Shown one piece after another: positions 14,111-26,261 of a DNA stretch of 64,000 nucleotides. The notes below the pieces were generated by a model, which saw only the letters and a program-made list of their open reading frames with translations, was not told where the DNA came from and searched no databases. Each line of letters begins with the position of its first letter. Position 1 is the first letter of the stretch. The position numbers were made by a program, and so were the translations under genes. Source of the DNA: Octopus vulgaris. Its lineage: Eukaryota. The DNA lies in assembly GCA_951406725.2 (NCBI GenBank), contig OX597817.1, forward strand, positions 27,776,001-27,840,000. The letters are read 5' to 3'.

Positions 14111-14371
14111 ACCACCGTTATTCAAAATATTTTGTTTTTTCATTGTCCCTCATATGAGGTAGCGATTATCAGGTTACGCAATTACCAGTGTTTTTATTGT
14201 GACACCATCACTAGATGTATCATAAATCAGGACATGGGGAGATTCCAACCGCTTCCTTTCATTGTTATGATCATCATTACTGATATTATTTTCATTTTTT
14301 TTACCATTTGTCATTTTAAATATTTCCTCTGATACGACATGAGTTTTGTGTATAATATTATTATTAGTATA

Positions 14372-14412
<41 letters not shown>

Positions 14413-14623
14413 CATTGTTGTTATTATTTCCATTTATTTTTAAAAGCTATTATTAAATGTTGTTTAGTTTCAAATTTTGTCTTGTACTTGAGATAATCAT
14501 AAATATGTGAGGTTTGAAGGGGATCGTAGGAGGAAGAGAAACAGCCTGGTGAAGAGACCAAATTCTACAGGTCTGTAAATACATTCGGTAGATGGTGAGG
14601 AGGAGGTCAGCAAAGGGCATTTT

Positions 14624-14936
14624 TGTGAACATCAGTATATAATTTTTTCTATATGTAATTAAAACAGAAGTCAATTGGTTCTTTTCAAGGGCAAGGTCAG
14701 CGTTCTCATTGATCGCTAGTAGTAATAAATATATTTGACCGCTGAATACAAGGGTGTGAGGCCTGTTTTGTCTCTGTGCGATAAGGAGACAAAAGAGGCC
14801 TCACACCCTTGTATTCAGCGGTCAAATATATTTATTACTACTAGCGATCAATGAGAACGCTGATCTTGCCCTTGAAAAGAACCAATTGACTTCTGTTTTA
14901 ATTACATATAGAAAAAATTATATACTGATGTTCACA
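14624..14936. repeat. near-perfect long hairpin (~151-bp stem, 11-nt loop)
   Basis: 14624-14774 is the reverse complement of 14786-14936 with about 2 mismatches. Confidence 0.95.
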
Positions 14937-15086
14937 TCGTTGAATTTTTGAATTTCTGATTATTTCTTTAAATTTTTCTTTTCTTTTCCTAAGTTTTGCT
15001 GTGGTTTACACTTTTTGTAATTGTGCAATTTGTGTATGGTGGCAGATGCTTACTTAATTCTTTCGTACATTTCATTGCGTTGTTGT

Positions 15087-15505
15087 AATAAAAGGTATGT
15101 TTACATATTCCGGTAGTCAAGGAGAAAAGACAAATAAAATTGTCACAAAAATTGTAGATATTGAAGTTTTAAATTTTCTAGAGATGAGAGATGTATGTCC
15201 GATCGGAGACGACTGTAGTGTGTTTGCAATAAAAAGGATGTTTACATTTTCGAATACATAGGGAGAAAAGAAAGAACAGAAAATGAGCGTAAAATTTTAA
15301 CAAAAATTGTTGATATTAATGTTCTAAAATGTATTAAGATGATCGTTTGTACATCCGAACAAAGAAGACTGTAATGTTCTTATAATTAAAATGATCTTCA
15401 CATTTTCGAATATTCAGGCAGAAGGAAAGGATAGGTATTCACAGAAGTAGTAGATATTAAAGTTTTAAAGCTGATAGTTTGTGTGTTCGAAAACTGTAGA
15501 TATGT
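15087..15505. repeat. about three degenerate tandem units of ~120-155 bp
   Basis: Recurring aataaaa.g.atgtttaca.tt...aaaattgtagatatt.aagtttt...gactgta.tg blocks starting near 15087, 15228 and 15383. Confidence 0.65.
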
Positions 15506-15559
15506 AAGTTTCTTAACTAATTTTGAGGGAAATCTGAAATATTTACAGGAAATAGTAGG

Positions 15560-15795
15560 TATTCTTTAATAATTACGTTTGGTCCATTAGCTTGGATGGA
15601 TCTGTCAGTGTTGACTGGAAAATCCCAGAGGATAGTGACACTTTACCTTCAACGACTGGCTCCGGATGATGTTCGTACCAGTACGTAGGTGTTCAAATTT
15701 GTAGTGTTTACATATTTTCCAGTGTAAATACTGTCCTACCCTATCGTGACAATTTTTACATTCTTTTGGTGTCAGCACAGGACATGTCGAGACGA
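15560..15795 (-). pseudogene. R4/Dong-type LINE fragment (end of zinc knuckle to start of RLE)
   Basis: CPVLTPKECKNCHDRVGQYLHWKICKHYK, WYEHHPEPVVEG and TILWDFPVNTDRSIQANGP across frameshifts. Confidence 0.88.
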
Positions 15796-15860
15796 GATCC
15801 TGTATTCTAGTGATAGTGCTTGTTGTTCGTTGCCGTGTCGCAGTAAAATTTTCTCACTAA

Positions 15861-16266
15861 ATCAAGAGCTAAGTTCATCACATTTCAACCCGGGTCAGTT
15901 TTGTTATTTATGATCTAGTTGGAGATTTTTATGAGAGTAATTAACATTCATTGGACTTCGGTTTTCACACCTCGAACGGCATAATCACGGGATATTAGCG
16001 GGACTATGCACATTTCATTAGTCGGGCAAAGAAAAGAGGCAGAAGAAATCGAAAACCTCGAATTCGGCTGCAAAAAATTTCTTATGGGAATAAGGGGTCA
16101 GTTTATCGATTTTTAATGGCTTTCTGGGGTGACTGGGGAAATGAAAAGATCTTCACGACCTCCCTCAGACAGTTTTGGAAGCCCATAGAAAATGCGATTC
16201 TTTTACGTGAAGAACTGGATTTATATAAAGGACACACAGATATTTTGCCGTTTATAGATATAGAGA

Positions 16267-16268
<2 letters not shown>
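15861..16268 (+). mobile_element. non-autonomous Helitron/DINE-1-like element
   Basis: 3' end acacacagatattttgccgtttatagatatagagat; the 5' boundary is uncertain. Confidence 0.45.
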
Positions 16269-16331
<63 letters not shown>

Positions 16332-16819
16332 CAATAGATAGGCAGGTAGAGACATAGACAGATAGATAGATAGCTCAATGGCAATAATATCATCATCTTA
16401 ATTAATACCAATAAAAATTAATAAGTATGCCAATGATAATAATGATAGCAGTAATTGAAATAGAAATAATGATACGAAGAAATTATATTCATAATAAAAA
16501 TCCTGGCAGAAAAAAATAATGTCAATATCAATTGTGGTACTTGTCTTATGTCAAAAGAAAAAAAATCAATAATATCGATTGGAATTAAAATAAGTGGAAC
16601 AGCATGTTTAATACCCATACGATACCAATAAACAAACACACTTGCAGTCATATGCATAATTTGAACCAGATGTTCAGGCTATTGGAGTCAAACTATTAAT
16701 AAAGAGGTTTACCCGCACGAACTGAGAAAAAAGAAGTACGAATCTAACGGGGTAAAATCCTTTACAATTACCAGACGAATATACGAATGCGAATAATGTA
16801 TTCTTCATTCTAATTCAAA

Positions 16820-16915
16820 GGCTATGGGAGGAGACATTTACCCAAGGTGCTACGCATGGGACTGAACCCGGAAGCACGTAGTTGGGAAGCAAGCTTCTTA
16901 CCACAAAGCCACTCA
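16820..16915 (-). mobile_element. SINE family 1 head fragment
   Basis: Reverse complement gagtggctttgtggtaagaagcttgcttcccaac...gggttcagtccca. Confidence 0.85.
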
Positions 16916-16924
16916 TTGAGCGTG

Positions 16925-16955
<31 letters not shown>

Positions 16956-17862
16956 ATGGATGTGTGTGCACATATAAGTATACATACACACATATATGTA
17001 TATATATATATACATATATATGTATATATATGCATATATATATATATATTTATATTACTGTATATATGTAAATATATACGTATATATATATATATGAATA
17101 TATATACATATATATATGTATATATGTTCTCTTTCTTCTTTCTTTGCTTCTCTTTTCCATTGACATGACTTTCAGATACACAGCCACCACCACCCACACA
17201 CACGCACACATACGGAAACACACACAAAAAACACATACACACTCTCTCTCACTGGACAATGATGAAAAGAAATCCAGGCAAAAAATTATTTTTTGAAAAC
17301 CAAGAGACCCCTTGGTGTAGCCAGCCACCTGCTTATACCATTTTTAAAGCGACAAGAATCACTTTCTATTGAAAGAACTGACCAGCTGCAAAGATGTCAA
17401 CACATGCAAAATCAGAAGTTGGAAATGAAATCACTTCAATGAGTCCCTACTTTTTTCATGTCTTCCTGTTGGTTGTGAATTCCTTAATGTGAAATTGCAT
17501 AACTACAGGGTCAAATTTGAGAGTGGGCGTCTGAAGTACCATCACAAAGACTAACAAACGGCTTGGAACGCAAAAGTGACCTCTTACCTATAGGTCCATG
17601 GAGAAGTGATGCGCATGCCTTTTTCAGTCAGAAAATGTAAAATTCATTTCTTTCCTTGTTTAAACACCTAAATAGAATCCTAAATCATCTGAGCATCATT
17701 ACAACAACCAGGGATTCCCGCGACACCGGCATTTTGAATTGGATTGTCTATGAATTTATTCGAAACTGAGAGAATCTTGAACACTCCTACATGACTAGAG
17801 GTGGACTAACCGATTACAATAGATACAAACTGAGTGAACTGTCAGAGAAGGTTTCAGATAAA

Positions 17863-18134
17863 TGTAACCGCCCGAGAGTGAAGTTCGAGTGGCCATTTCA
17901 CCTTCATTTTATATAATTTTACCTTTCATCAGTTTCATGCTTTTGTCCTCACTTGTATTGTTCTGTCAGTCCTTGTGCCGTCCACACTGTGTTTCGGGTC
18001 TTTGTGCCTAATAAATAATCGGTTAGTTGACGGTGTTAATTTGATGTGTGTTGGTTTAACAGTCGGTAGTTGAACATAGAATACTGAGTATCGTACCTAC
18101 GTTCGAGTAGTGTGGAGTGTGTTCTATGGTAACA
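17863..18134 (+). mobile_element. probable solo LTR (272 bp)
   Basis: Begins TGTAACC and ends GGTAACA (imperfect terminal inverted repeat); internal TATATAA and AATAAA; flanks taaa/tata are an imperfect TSD. Confidence 0.6.
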
Positions 18135-19989
18135 TATATTTCTGCGATAGGTTATTTTTAGGTAACCACAACCAACTTTTTATTTCTGAAATATTTTTTA
18201 ACATCAGACGGGTATAGCGACATCATAGCATATACATACATATAAATTTATTTACACACATTTTTAAGTAAATCGCATGTGTAAATATGCAAATCTATTT
18301 TTATTTGTTATTATTATTGTATATTGCAATTTATGAATTTTATTCACAAATGCCGACAAAGCAGACCTATAATATTGTTGGATAACGTAAACATATTTCA
18401 CCTCAAAATCAAGACTGTTTACTTCTTTTTAATTGGCCTTGTATCTTATTTTACTGAGTTTGTTTACATTTCATTCTGTATTTTTTGTATAGTAAATATA
18501 CTACCAATATTTAATGTTTAAATACTCATATCTTACATTATATGAAACGGTGTATAAAAACTTTTGAACAAAGTATATATAATGCATTTCCTTCTTTAAT
18601 AATCCTAAAACAGGCAATTCACTATTAACAAGAATAAGGTTTACAATTGTTGCGCAATGCGCTGCAGAATTTGTTTATAAATAATTAAAACTCTTTCACC
18701 AACATAACGCAAACTGTAAGAATTTGAATAGATATGTTCGAGTATGGAAACTTTGTAATTTCATGCAGATTTATTTACAGCAGGGTGCCATATGATATTC
18801 ATACAAATACTGATTCAAAGTATAGTAAAATCCGTATCCCAAAGACCAGCCTGCTTCTTTAGGGCAAAAACGACTAAGACTTTTAGCAGCAACTAGCAAT
18901 CTTACAAAGATCAAATAACACCTACAAAGGAGTACTGAGTACTACCCAACTATTTGAGCTATAACTACTAGGCAAAAAAGTACAAAAGCAATCCAGGGCT
19001 CTTCAGAAAGAAGGCCCTCTGATGTATTGCTAAGAATAATTCCCGTACACACTATAACCGCTATCCAACAGACTGACACCACCTCTCTCTCTCCTACACA
19101 CACTATCTTTTCTTAGTCCATTTCTATTGTTAATCAATAGCTCGGAGTCGCTTGAACGAGTTCATTTTATTCCATATGGTCATCGTCCCACAGGGGCTAC
19201 CCAGGGAACTCGACTCCCCTATTCTCTTCTGCTGCGCAATAACACTTTTTATCCACTCTAATAGTTTTACGTAACTTTTCTTTCAATTTTTCTGGAAACT
19301 CTCCACGCCCATGTTGTCTTTCTGCTCAAGTTGCAAGTAGGAGGCAAACAAAAATCATGAATTTCAACTCACTAAAACATAAAAATATATATAATATTAT
19401 GGAGTTGTTCGTCCATAAATACTAACAGTAGTAATATTGTCCACAAGTTGCATTAATGATGCGTGTTTTATATGCTTCTACCAGTGTTAGCATGTATGCT
19501 TGCATGCGCCATTTGCAAGTTATGATAGGATACGATGTTTTGCTTTATTTAATATCAGAGATTTGCAGTCTCCACGAAGAAATCATGTTAAGGTTCTATA
19601 ATTAGTTAATTATAATTAGTCATTGATAGCTTTTTGAGATAGTTTTCATTAAACAGTAATATTTGGGAATTGGATTTGCCAGAAAATAAACTTTAAAAAT
19701 GAATAAAGGAGTTACACATAATTTTCTGACGTTATCGAGAAAATGCAGTTTTCATTAATTAATTAATAAATCAATTAGAATCAAAGACGAGTGTTGTGTG
19801 TTGTTATATCTAAAGATCATAAGGCATGTTTTAAAGTTTTTTTTTGTTTTGTTGTTTCGTTTTTAAAAGCAGGCAAAGACAGTCACTTAAAAAGGGAAAC
19901 ACAATATGTAGCAAAATGTTAAAGCCATACAATGATTTGCAGTTAATAACGAGTTATTAATAATTTATAAATGTTGAGTGGCATGAAGC

Positions 19990-21500
19990 TATCAGACCAT
20001 ACACCGAATTTCTGAGAAAGAAATGTTTAAAAAAAAAAAATTGCAGAAGATATTATCGATAGTGACAAAATATGATTATAGAAAACTGGAAACCTACAAT
20101 CTTCAAGATATAGTCGATATATACGCTACCGTGGAGGTGCGCTTTACGACAGAGGAAGATGCAATTAAGCACGCAACGGAGGTAATAAGATTGGAGGAGT
20201 GGGTACTTTTAACTTCGTACTGTGGCAAACGTGTGGCCAGAGTGCGAGGAGGCAAAGTACCACGAGACTAAAAGAAGCCTAGCTGATGACAGCGATAATG
20301 TTCAACACGAAAGATGAGGCCAAGATACTGAATGCCACAAAGACACATAGAATCAACTACTGGGGATACGGGATCGAGCTCACTATCCAGGAAACCATAG
20401 ATGACTTAAATCGGATTGCCGAGGAGATAGTGCTGCCCGACAACTTGAGATTAAGAGTGGTAGTAGAGGGCAGACCGCCTGTATGTTTTACATGTGGGGA
20501 GAAAGGCCACATGAAGGCGACGTTCCCACAGAGAGAACAGACGCAGAAGCAGGAGAGTAAGGACCAGGTAGTACAGGTGGAGATGGAAGAAAAAACAACG
20601 GAGGAGGGATTCACGGTGGTGGAGAGAAAAAGAAGTGGAAGAGTGAGCCCGCCGCCAGGTAACAAGAAAAAGAAGAGGTGGAAATGAAAGATGCGACCAG
20701 AAGGATGGAAGACAAAACAGTGGTGAGGAAAGAAAGTGAAAATGTAATTGAAAAAGTGTTCGAGAAGGAGTTACAGAAGGAGGAAACAGTGTTAAAACAG
20801 CCGGTTATTCCAGCGAAGGAAAAAAGATTCAGGAGTGCAACTGTACGAGGGTGAAATGGAGAAATTGTTCAGAGTGGAGATAGAAAAAGAAAAGGTACCA
20901 GAAATAGAAGTAGAAAAGAGAAAACCAAGAAAAGGAAAAAATAAATGGAATTTCGTAACATGAAAACACAAGGAGACCGAAAGAAAAATTGTAAAATTTA
21001 AGCATATCATAAGAGTGAGGTTACCCACTGATATGTATTCAGAAAATGTGAAGGCCACATACAAGAGACTGAGAGATATGTGCGGAGACAAGATTGACCC
21101 CCCCCCCCCGTAGTGTTGGTGGAGTTCGACGAACTGCCACCCGTAGTTGAACTCGGAGACTTCGAGCCTTTCATGAGGTATTAAAAAGGAGTAAGTAAAA
21201 TTGTTTGGTTGAAAGAAAAAAACGAAAAAGTAAAAGTGTGTCATGTAAAAAAAAGAGAAAAAAAAGATGATTAAGAAAAATCAATAGAAAAATAGAACGA
21301 TTGTGAATATTGTGTATAAACGTTCAAATGGTACTGCATGGGAATGGGGTCCATGTGGGAATGGGGCCCATGCAGCCATTTCATTTCTTCGTTTTTTATA
21401 TAACATTTTATTCTCATTCGTTTTAAGTTTTATGTCCCCATTGTGGTGTTGTGTCTGTCCTTGTAGTGTCCCTCTGTGTTGTGGCCGTAGTGCTATATAA
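19990..21500 (+). mobile_element. Tx1/L1-like element carrying only a decayed ORF1 and a 3' tail
   Basis: LRVVVEGRPPVCFTCGEKGHMKATFP (CCHC knuckle with the last C lost), EEGFTVVERKR, purine-rich linker, then tail tttatgtcccc...gtccctctgtg; no EN/RT seen. Confidence 0.75.
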
Positions 21501-22544
21501 AGACATAAGATTTAGTTGACATGTAAGTGCATAAAATTATTTAAATCACCCAAAAATCTGATGGAATACTTGCTAAGAATATCCATGTAAGGGTTAAGTA
21601 AACACATGTTTCAGCTCTAAAATAAGAAACGAAGAGAGAATGTTATCAAAAATTGCAGTCAAGCTACGGATTACAATTTAATCAAATTTCAATATTAGCT
21701 AATATTATATTAATAATACAAATGGTGGAATATATAATCTAACTAAATTTCTGATACCAGTGATATTAATTGCACCACCTGGAATTTACTATCTGCACAG
21801 AGCAGATATAACTGCAATAGACTGAATATAAAGAGTTTATATATTATTTCTTGACGAATAAATTTTAGTGGGGCATTTTTAATACATATAACGAAAGAAA
21901 TCATGGAGCTACATTCACTGAAAGCATGTTGTATTTTATCACTCTAGATTATACGTTACTGGAGTTTTTGTTTTACTTTTCAACCTTCACTGGATCAATA
22001 ACTTAGTATAACCAGTTATACATTAATCAGTTTATACACTATTTTTATATTTCTTTGTAGATATATAAGTTTGCTGAAGGAAAATTATTCTGTCCGCAGC
22101 TGGCCAAATTGATCGTCGGATCACACGTTTCTGTAATACACGGTAACACTTGGTTATAACATAATTTTAGATATGTGGCAATTTATTGAATATTTATTAT
22201 GTTACAAGATTTTAACAACATAAAATATAATTTCCCCTATGATTCGATATTATCTTTATTTTCACCATTTTTTCAATATATTGAGTATCTCTAACTTTCT
22301 TCACACAGTTTTTCAATTGAGTGCGGGAATCCAGTTCATTTTCAATAACAAAATCTAAAACCAAATTTACTGATACAAATACTTCTATGTGGTTATTCTA
22401 CTTGTTAGAAAATGCAGCTAAATTTCCAGTACACCACGCTCTTAAAACAACTAACAATGTTATTGAAAAAAGCACAAATCCTGGTCCAAAGATAGAATTA
22501 TTACAAATACAGCTAAAATTATAAAATACTTTCCAGTTGTTTGC

Positions 22545-22603
<59 letters not shown>

Positions 22604-23157
22604 GGTGGCTGCCCCTTCGTTATCGAGTATGGCCATTGCACGAAGCTTAATCAATGTTGTTATCATGCAATGCCTGTGCAAGAAGATTTTTTTAAAGTGA
22701 GGAAAGGCTGTGCACTGAGTCAATCCCACTCACTAAGCAACAGTAGCCATAATCCGAAAAGAAGAACAAGTCAACATCATCGGCAACCACTGAGCCGCAG
22801 GTTTTATGTCGGAGTTATCCCAGTTACCTGAGTTACCTTCTCCTAGAAGGATGCCCTAACAAAGGCTAGGAGTCCTTCACTCCCAATGGTTTAACCGCGA
22901 AATCGGGTATTCAGTCCGATTACTTCTATGTCCCCGCGCATGATACAGCCATAAGACATTTACTGGATGGCCGTTGAGTCTCAAGAGTTCCTCCATCTTT
23001 TGACGGGTTTTGTTTTTCATCCCGCAGGGTGTCCAATAAACACCCTCCTCACCAAGCAAGCTTGGTGTGGTTGCCGGTTTAGTCGCCGACGACCCGACCA
23101 TGCAACAGGTTGTACTGGGTTACATGTTACCAGTAGCACTCGAAAGTGACCTGACAT
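22604..23157 (-). mobile_element. non-autonomous bipartite RTE-derived element (5'UTR-like plus 3' end)
   Basis: On the minus strand: ggcgactaaaccggc...ggtgaggagggtg, gggcatccttctaggagaaggtaactc (RTE 5'UTR-like), and 3' end ggccatactcgataacgaaggggcagcc; sits in a (TA)n tract. Confidence 0.6.
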
Positions 23158-23162
23158 AATAA

Positions 23163-23200
<38 letters not shown>

Positions 23201-23446
23201 GGATGTGTCCCTGTGTGCGTAACTGTACTATATGTAAAGCATATAAATATATGTATAATGAATACTAATTCTGTATGTGTTTGTGTGTGTGCAAGTGTAT
23301 ATGTTCAGCTTTGTGGGAGTTCTCTAAAACAATTAGCGTAAGAGTTTTTTGTAGTGAAAATGGCACTCTTCCCACGTAACAAAATGGTTCATAATACTAT
23401 AAAGTCTGATAGTCATTGTAAAACAAAGGGGGGAGGGTTCAGAGTA

Positions 23447-23670
23447 CCTATTTCTTTACTAGCCACAAGGGGCTAAACACAGAGAGGACAGACAAACGGA
23501 TTAAGTCGATTATATCGACCCCAGTGCGTACCTGGTACTTATTCAATCGACCCCGAAAGGATGAAAGGCAAAGTCAACCTCGGCAGAATTTGAACTCAGA
23601 ACGTAACGGCAAACGAAATACCGTTAAGCATTTCGCCCGGCGTGCTAACGCTTCTGCCAGCTCGCCGCCT
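23447..23670 (-). mobile_element. SINE family 2, tail A
   Basis: Full head, central domain and tail; imperfect TSD gggttcagagtacc / ggggtcagaatacc. Confidence 0.92.
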
Positions 23671-23944
23671 TTGGAGGGGGGGGTCAGAATACCGCCACAA
23701 CTTAGTAGTTGCGACAAGAATATTACAGTGCCATACAATAGCATACAAGTTGACGAGGATCTACATTATAACAGAATGGTAAGACAGATGCTCTCAGATC
23801 ATAGTAAGATGTGTGCTATATTTTTGGGTTATGTGTTTCTTGTTACAGCATCTATCATACGAAATATTTTCATGAATTCCTACTTACTTTTGCATACGTC
23901 ATCTGATATTGGAGAAACATTTAGTAATAGTGATAGATCGGCTT

Positions 23945-24160
23945 AAGGCGGTGTGCTAGCAGAACCGTTAGTACACCGGAAAAATGCTTAGCGACATTTC
24001 GTCCGTCTTTACATTCTATGTTCATCTTCCGCCTAAGTCGATTTTGCCTCTCATCATTTCGAGGTCAATAAAATAAGTACTGATTAAGCATTGGAGTTGA
24101 TGTATTCGATTTTGCTCCTCCCACAAAATTGCTGGCCTTGAGCGAAAATTTGAAAGCATT
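23945..24160 (+). mobile_element. SINE family 2, tail B (older)
   Basis: Same head and centre as tail A copies, but tail cccacaaaattgctggccttg...tttgaaagcatt. Confidence 0.8.
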
Positions 24161-24518
24161 ATTGATAGTTGGGTATGCAGTTGTACATCGGTCTACAGCC
24201 ATGTGAGGACACAATTTCAGGCAACTTTCATCCCTATATATATTGAGACCGTTGTTCAAAGCCAACATTTTTCTTCGTAGTATGCACATTCTTCGAATAT
24301 ACTTAGGGACCGTACACAAAAGCAATTTCTAAAGTTCATGTTAGTTCCTATTATCCTATGAACCAATCGCATAATGTTTAGATTTCCTTGATTGCGTACT
24401 AGAGAGATCCTCCTCTTGAAATATACTTCTACGATACAGTATACCATCAGAAAATTTTTATTTAACTCCAGAATAGTGTTCCAAATTGATGTCAGCTGGT
24501 CTGTGGCTGTCATATTGG

Positions 24519-24752
24519 AAGGTGGCGAGCTGGCAGAATCGTTAGCACGCTGGGCGAAATGCTTGGCGGTATTTCGTCTGCCGTTACGTTCTGAGTTCAA
24601 ATTCCGCCGAGGTCGACTTTGCCTTTCATCCTTTCGGGGTCGATTAAATAAGTACCAGTTACGCACTGGGGTCGATGTAATCGATTTAATCCGTGTATCT
24701 GTCCTTGTTTGTCCCCTCTGTGTTTAGCCCCTTGTGGGTAGTAAAGAAATAG
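24519..24752 (+). mobile_element. SINE family 2, tail A
   Basis: Near-intact copy ending ccccttgtgggtagtaaagaaatag. Confidence 0.93.
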
Positions 24753-24789
24753 GTATTTTGAACATGAGCAAGTCGAAGGGCCTAACGCA

Positions 24790-25540
24790 CAGGAATGAGG
24801 AAAAGAATCGAATGCTTTTAATCCGGCCAGACTGCGAGCATGTTCGTCGAATGCTACCGCTCTCCAGACTACACGGTTTGGGTTATTACGCGTTACTCAG
24901 AACATCTTCGAACTCCTTCTCTCTGAGCTGCTTGTTCATCTCTGATTAATACAATTTGTAGCATAATGATATTAAACTCTTCGTTCTTCCCGGTAGTTTT
25001 TTGCCCTTTGAGTAGCATTGCATTCTGTTTGAGTTTTGTTTCTGCTGGAGCCATCATATTACTGTGTTTATATCCCCAATCAGCCTTTAGTGTTCAAGGT
25101 CAATGAAATGTTTCAGTTAGAAGGTAATATTTTTATACAAGTACTCGACAATTACGTTTCCTACTCAAGGGTATCCCTATTAACGCTTCAAAGATTTGGT
25201 TTAAGAAAAGATATAGATATCAGATCTCTTGGAGCTTTGCTGCACTCTGATTAAATCCATCTTTCTCACTCTAGACATTGAATCTTCCTTAAGAACTAAT
25301 TTCTCTGACATTGATTGCCCTCTCATACCTCTGTATACTACAGATTCGTTCTGATTACATTTCTTGTTAATTATTGTTCAGCTAGACTCTTCTGTCATTT
25401 ATCAAGTGACAGCTTTTAGTGCCTGTCTGAGGGGGTGATTAATATCTACACAAATGTTCTGTTTGTACTGTCTCCAAATATCATTTCCGTTTTATTTTTC
25501 ACACTTTATTAGTGAGGTGTCTAGTTGTTTGCCAGTAGCT
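24790..25540 (-). pseudogene. decayed non-LTR (RTE-like) RT fragment
   Basis: Minus-strand remnants KAPRD..., RDEQAAQR and LKAFDS in the expected order. Confidence 0.5.
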
Positions 25541-25689
25541 GATGAGCAAACATCCCGTGCCTGATAATTCCCCGTAGATAAACGATCCTTTTTCGCATTT
25601 TCCAAAACCACAATGCACGCTTTTATTACTTTACTTTTCATTAATGTTTCAGTGTCTCGAATTTTTTTTGTGTGTGTGTGTATGTGTGT

Positions 25690-26261
25690 TTCCAATCCAC
25701 CCCAACACCACCCACACCCTCTGAGATCCACCCTATCCCTGCAGACAGTGAACCCACCCGCTCCCCTCCAACAAGAAAACAAAAGAAAAAAATAATACAG
25801 ACAGACAAGAGACTGAATTTGATATCAAGCCGAACATTTGTACTATGACAGAACAGAAAGAAGTTAAAAGGCTAATGGAAGAGTATAAATGGTGCGAAGT
25901 TGGTGAGACCAGGTATGCTGTGATTGAAAAGAAGAGAATAGATGAGTTTGTGTTCAGGTGTGAAAGGGAGAATTGGGAGGTGAAAGATACAAGAATGAGC
26001 GATGAATTTGTGGAAAATATGGAGGAGTATTTCGGAGTAAGAATGCATATGGAAGGTCTTCGTATTGGGAATGAACATTTAAGTGACGGTGAAAACCAAA
26101 GGACAGGTAAGTGATGCTAACGGATGGGGCCTTTAGCATCGCTTTCATATCATTTTTTTCATGTAATAATTCATCCTTCATAAATTTAATTATAATGTTC
26201 TATGTCCCCATGTCTTGTGGTGTCCCCTCTGTGTCGCCCCTTGTGGGTAATAAAGAAATAG
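25690..26261 (+). mobile_element. 3' part of a Tx1/L1-like non-autonomous element with the SINE tail A end
   Basis: Purine-rich ORF 25845-26114, then tatgtcccc...gtcccctctgtgtcgccccttgtgggtaataaagaaatag. Confidence 0.6.

Noticed and set aside
18823-19243. second solo LTR
   Set aside because: Only one convincing terminus (aataaca) and no TSD.
23524-24727. recurring ORF MRxWYLFNRPRKDERQS (also at 43684-43965)
   Set aside because: Antisense translation of SINE family 2, not a gene family.
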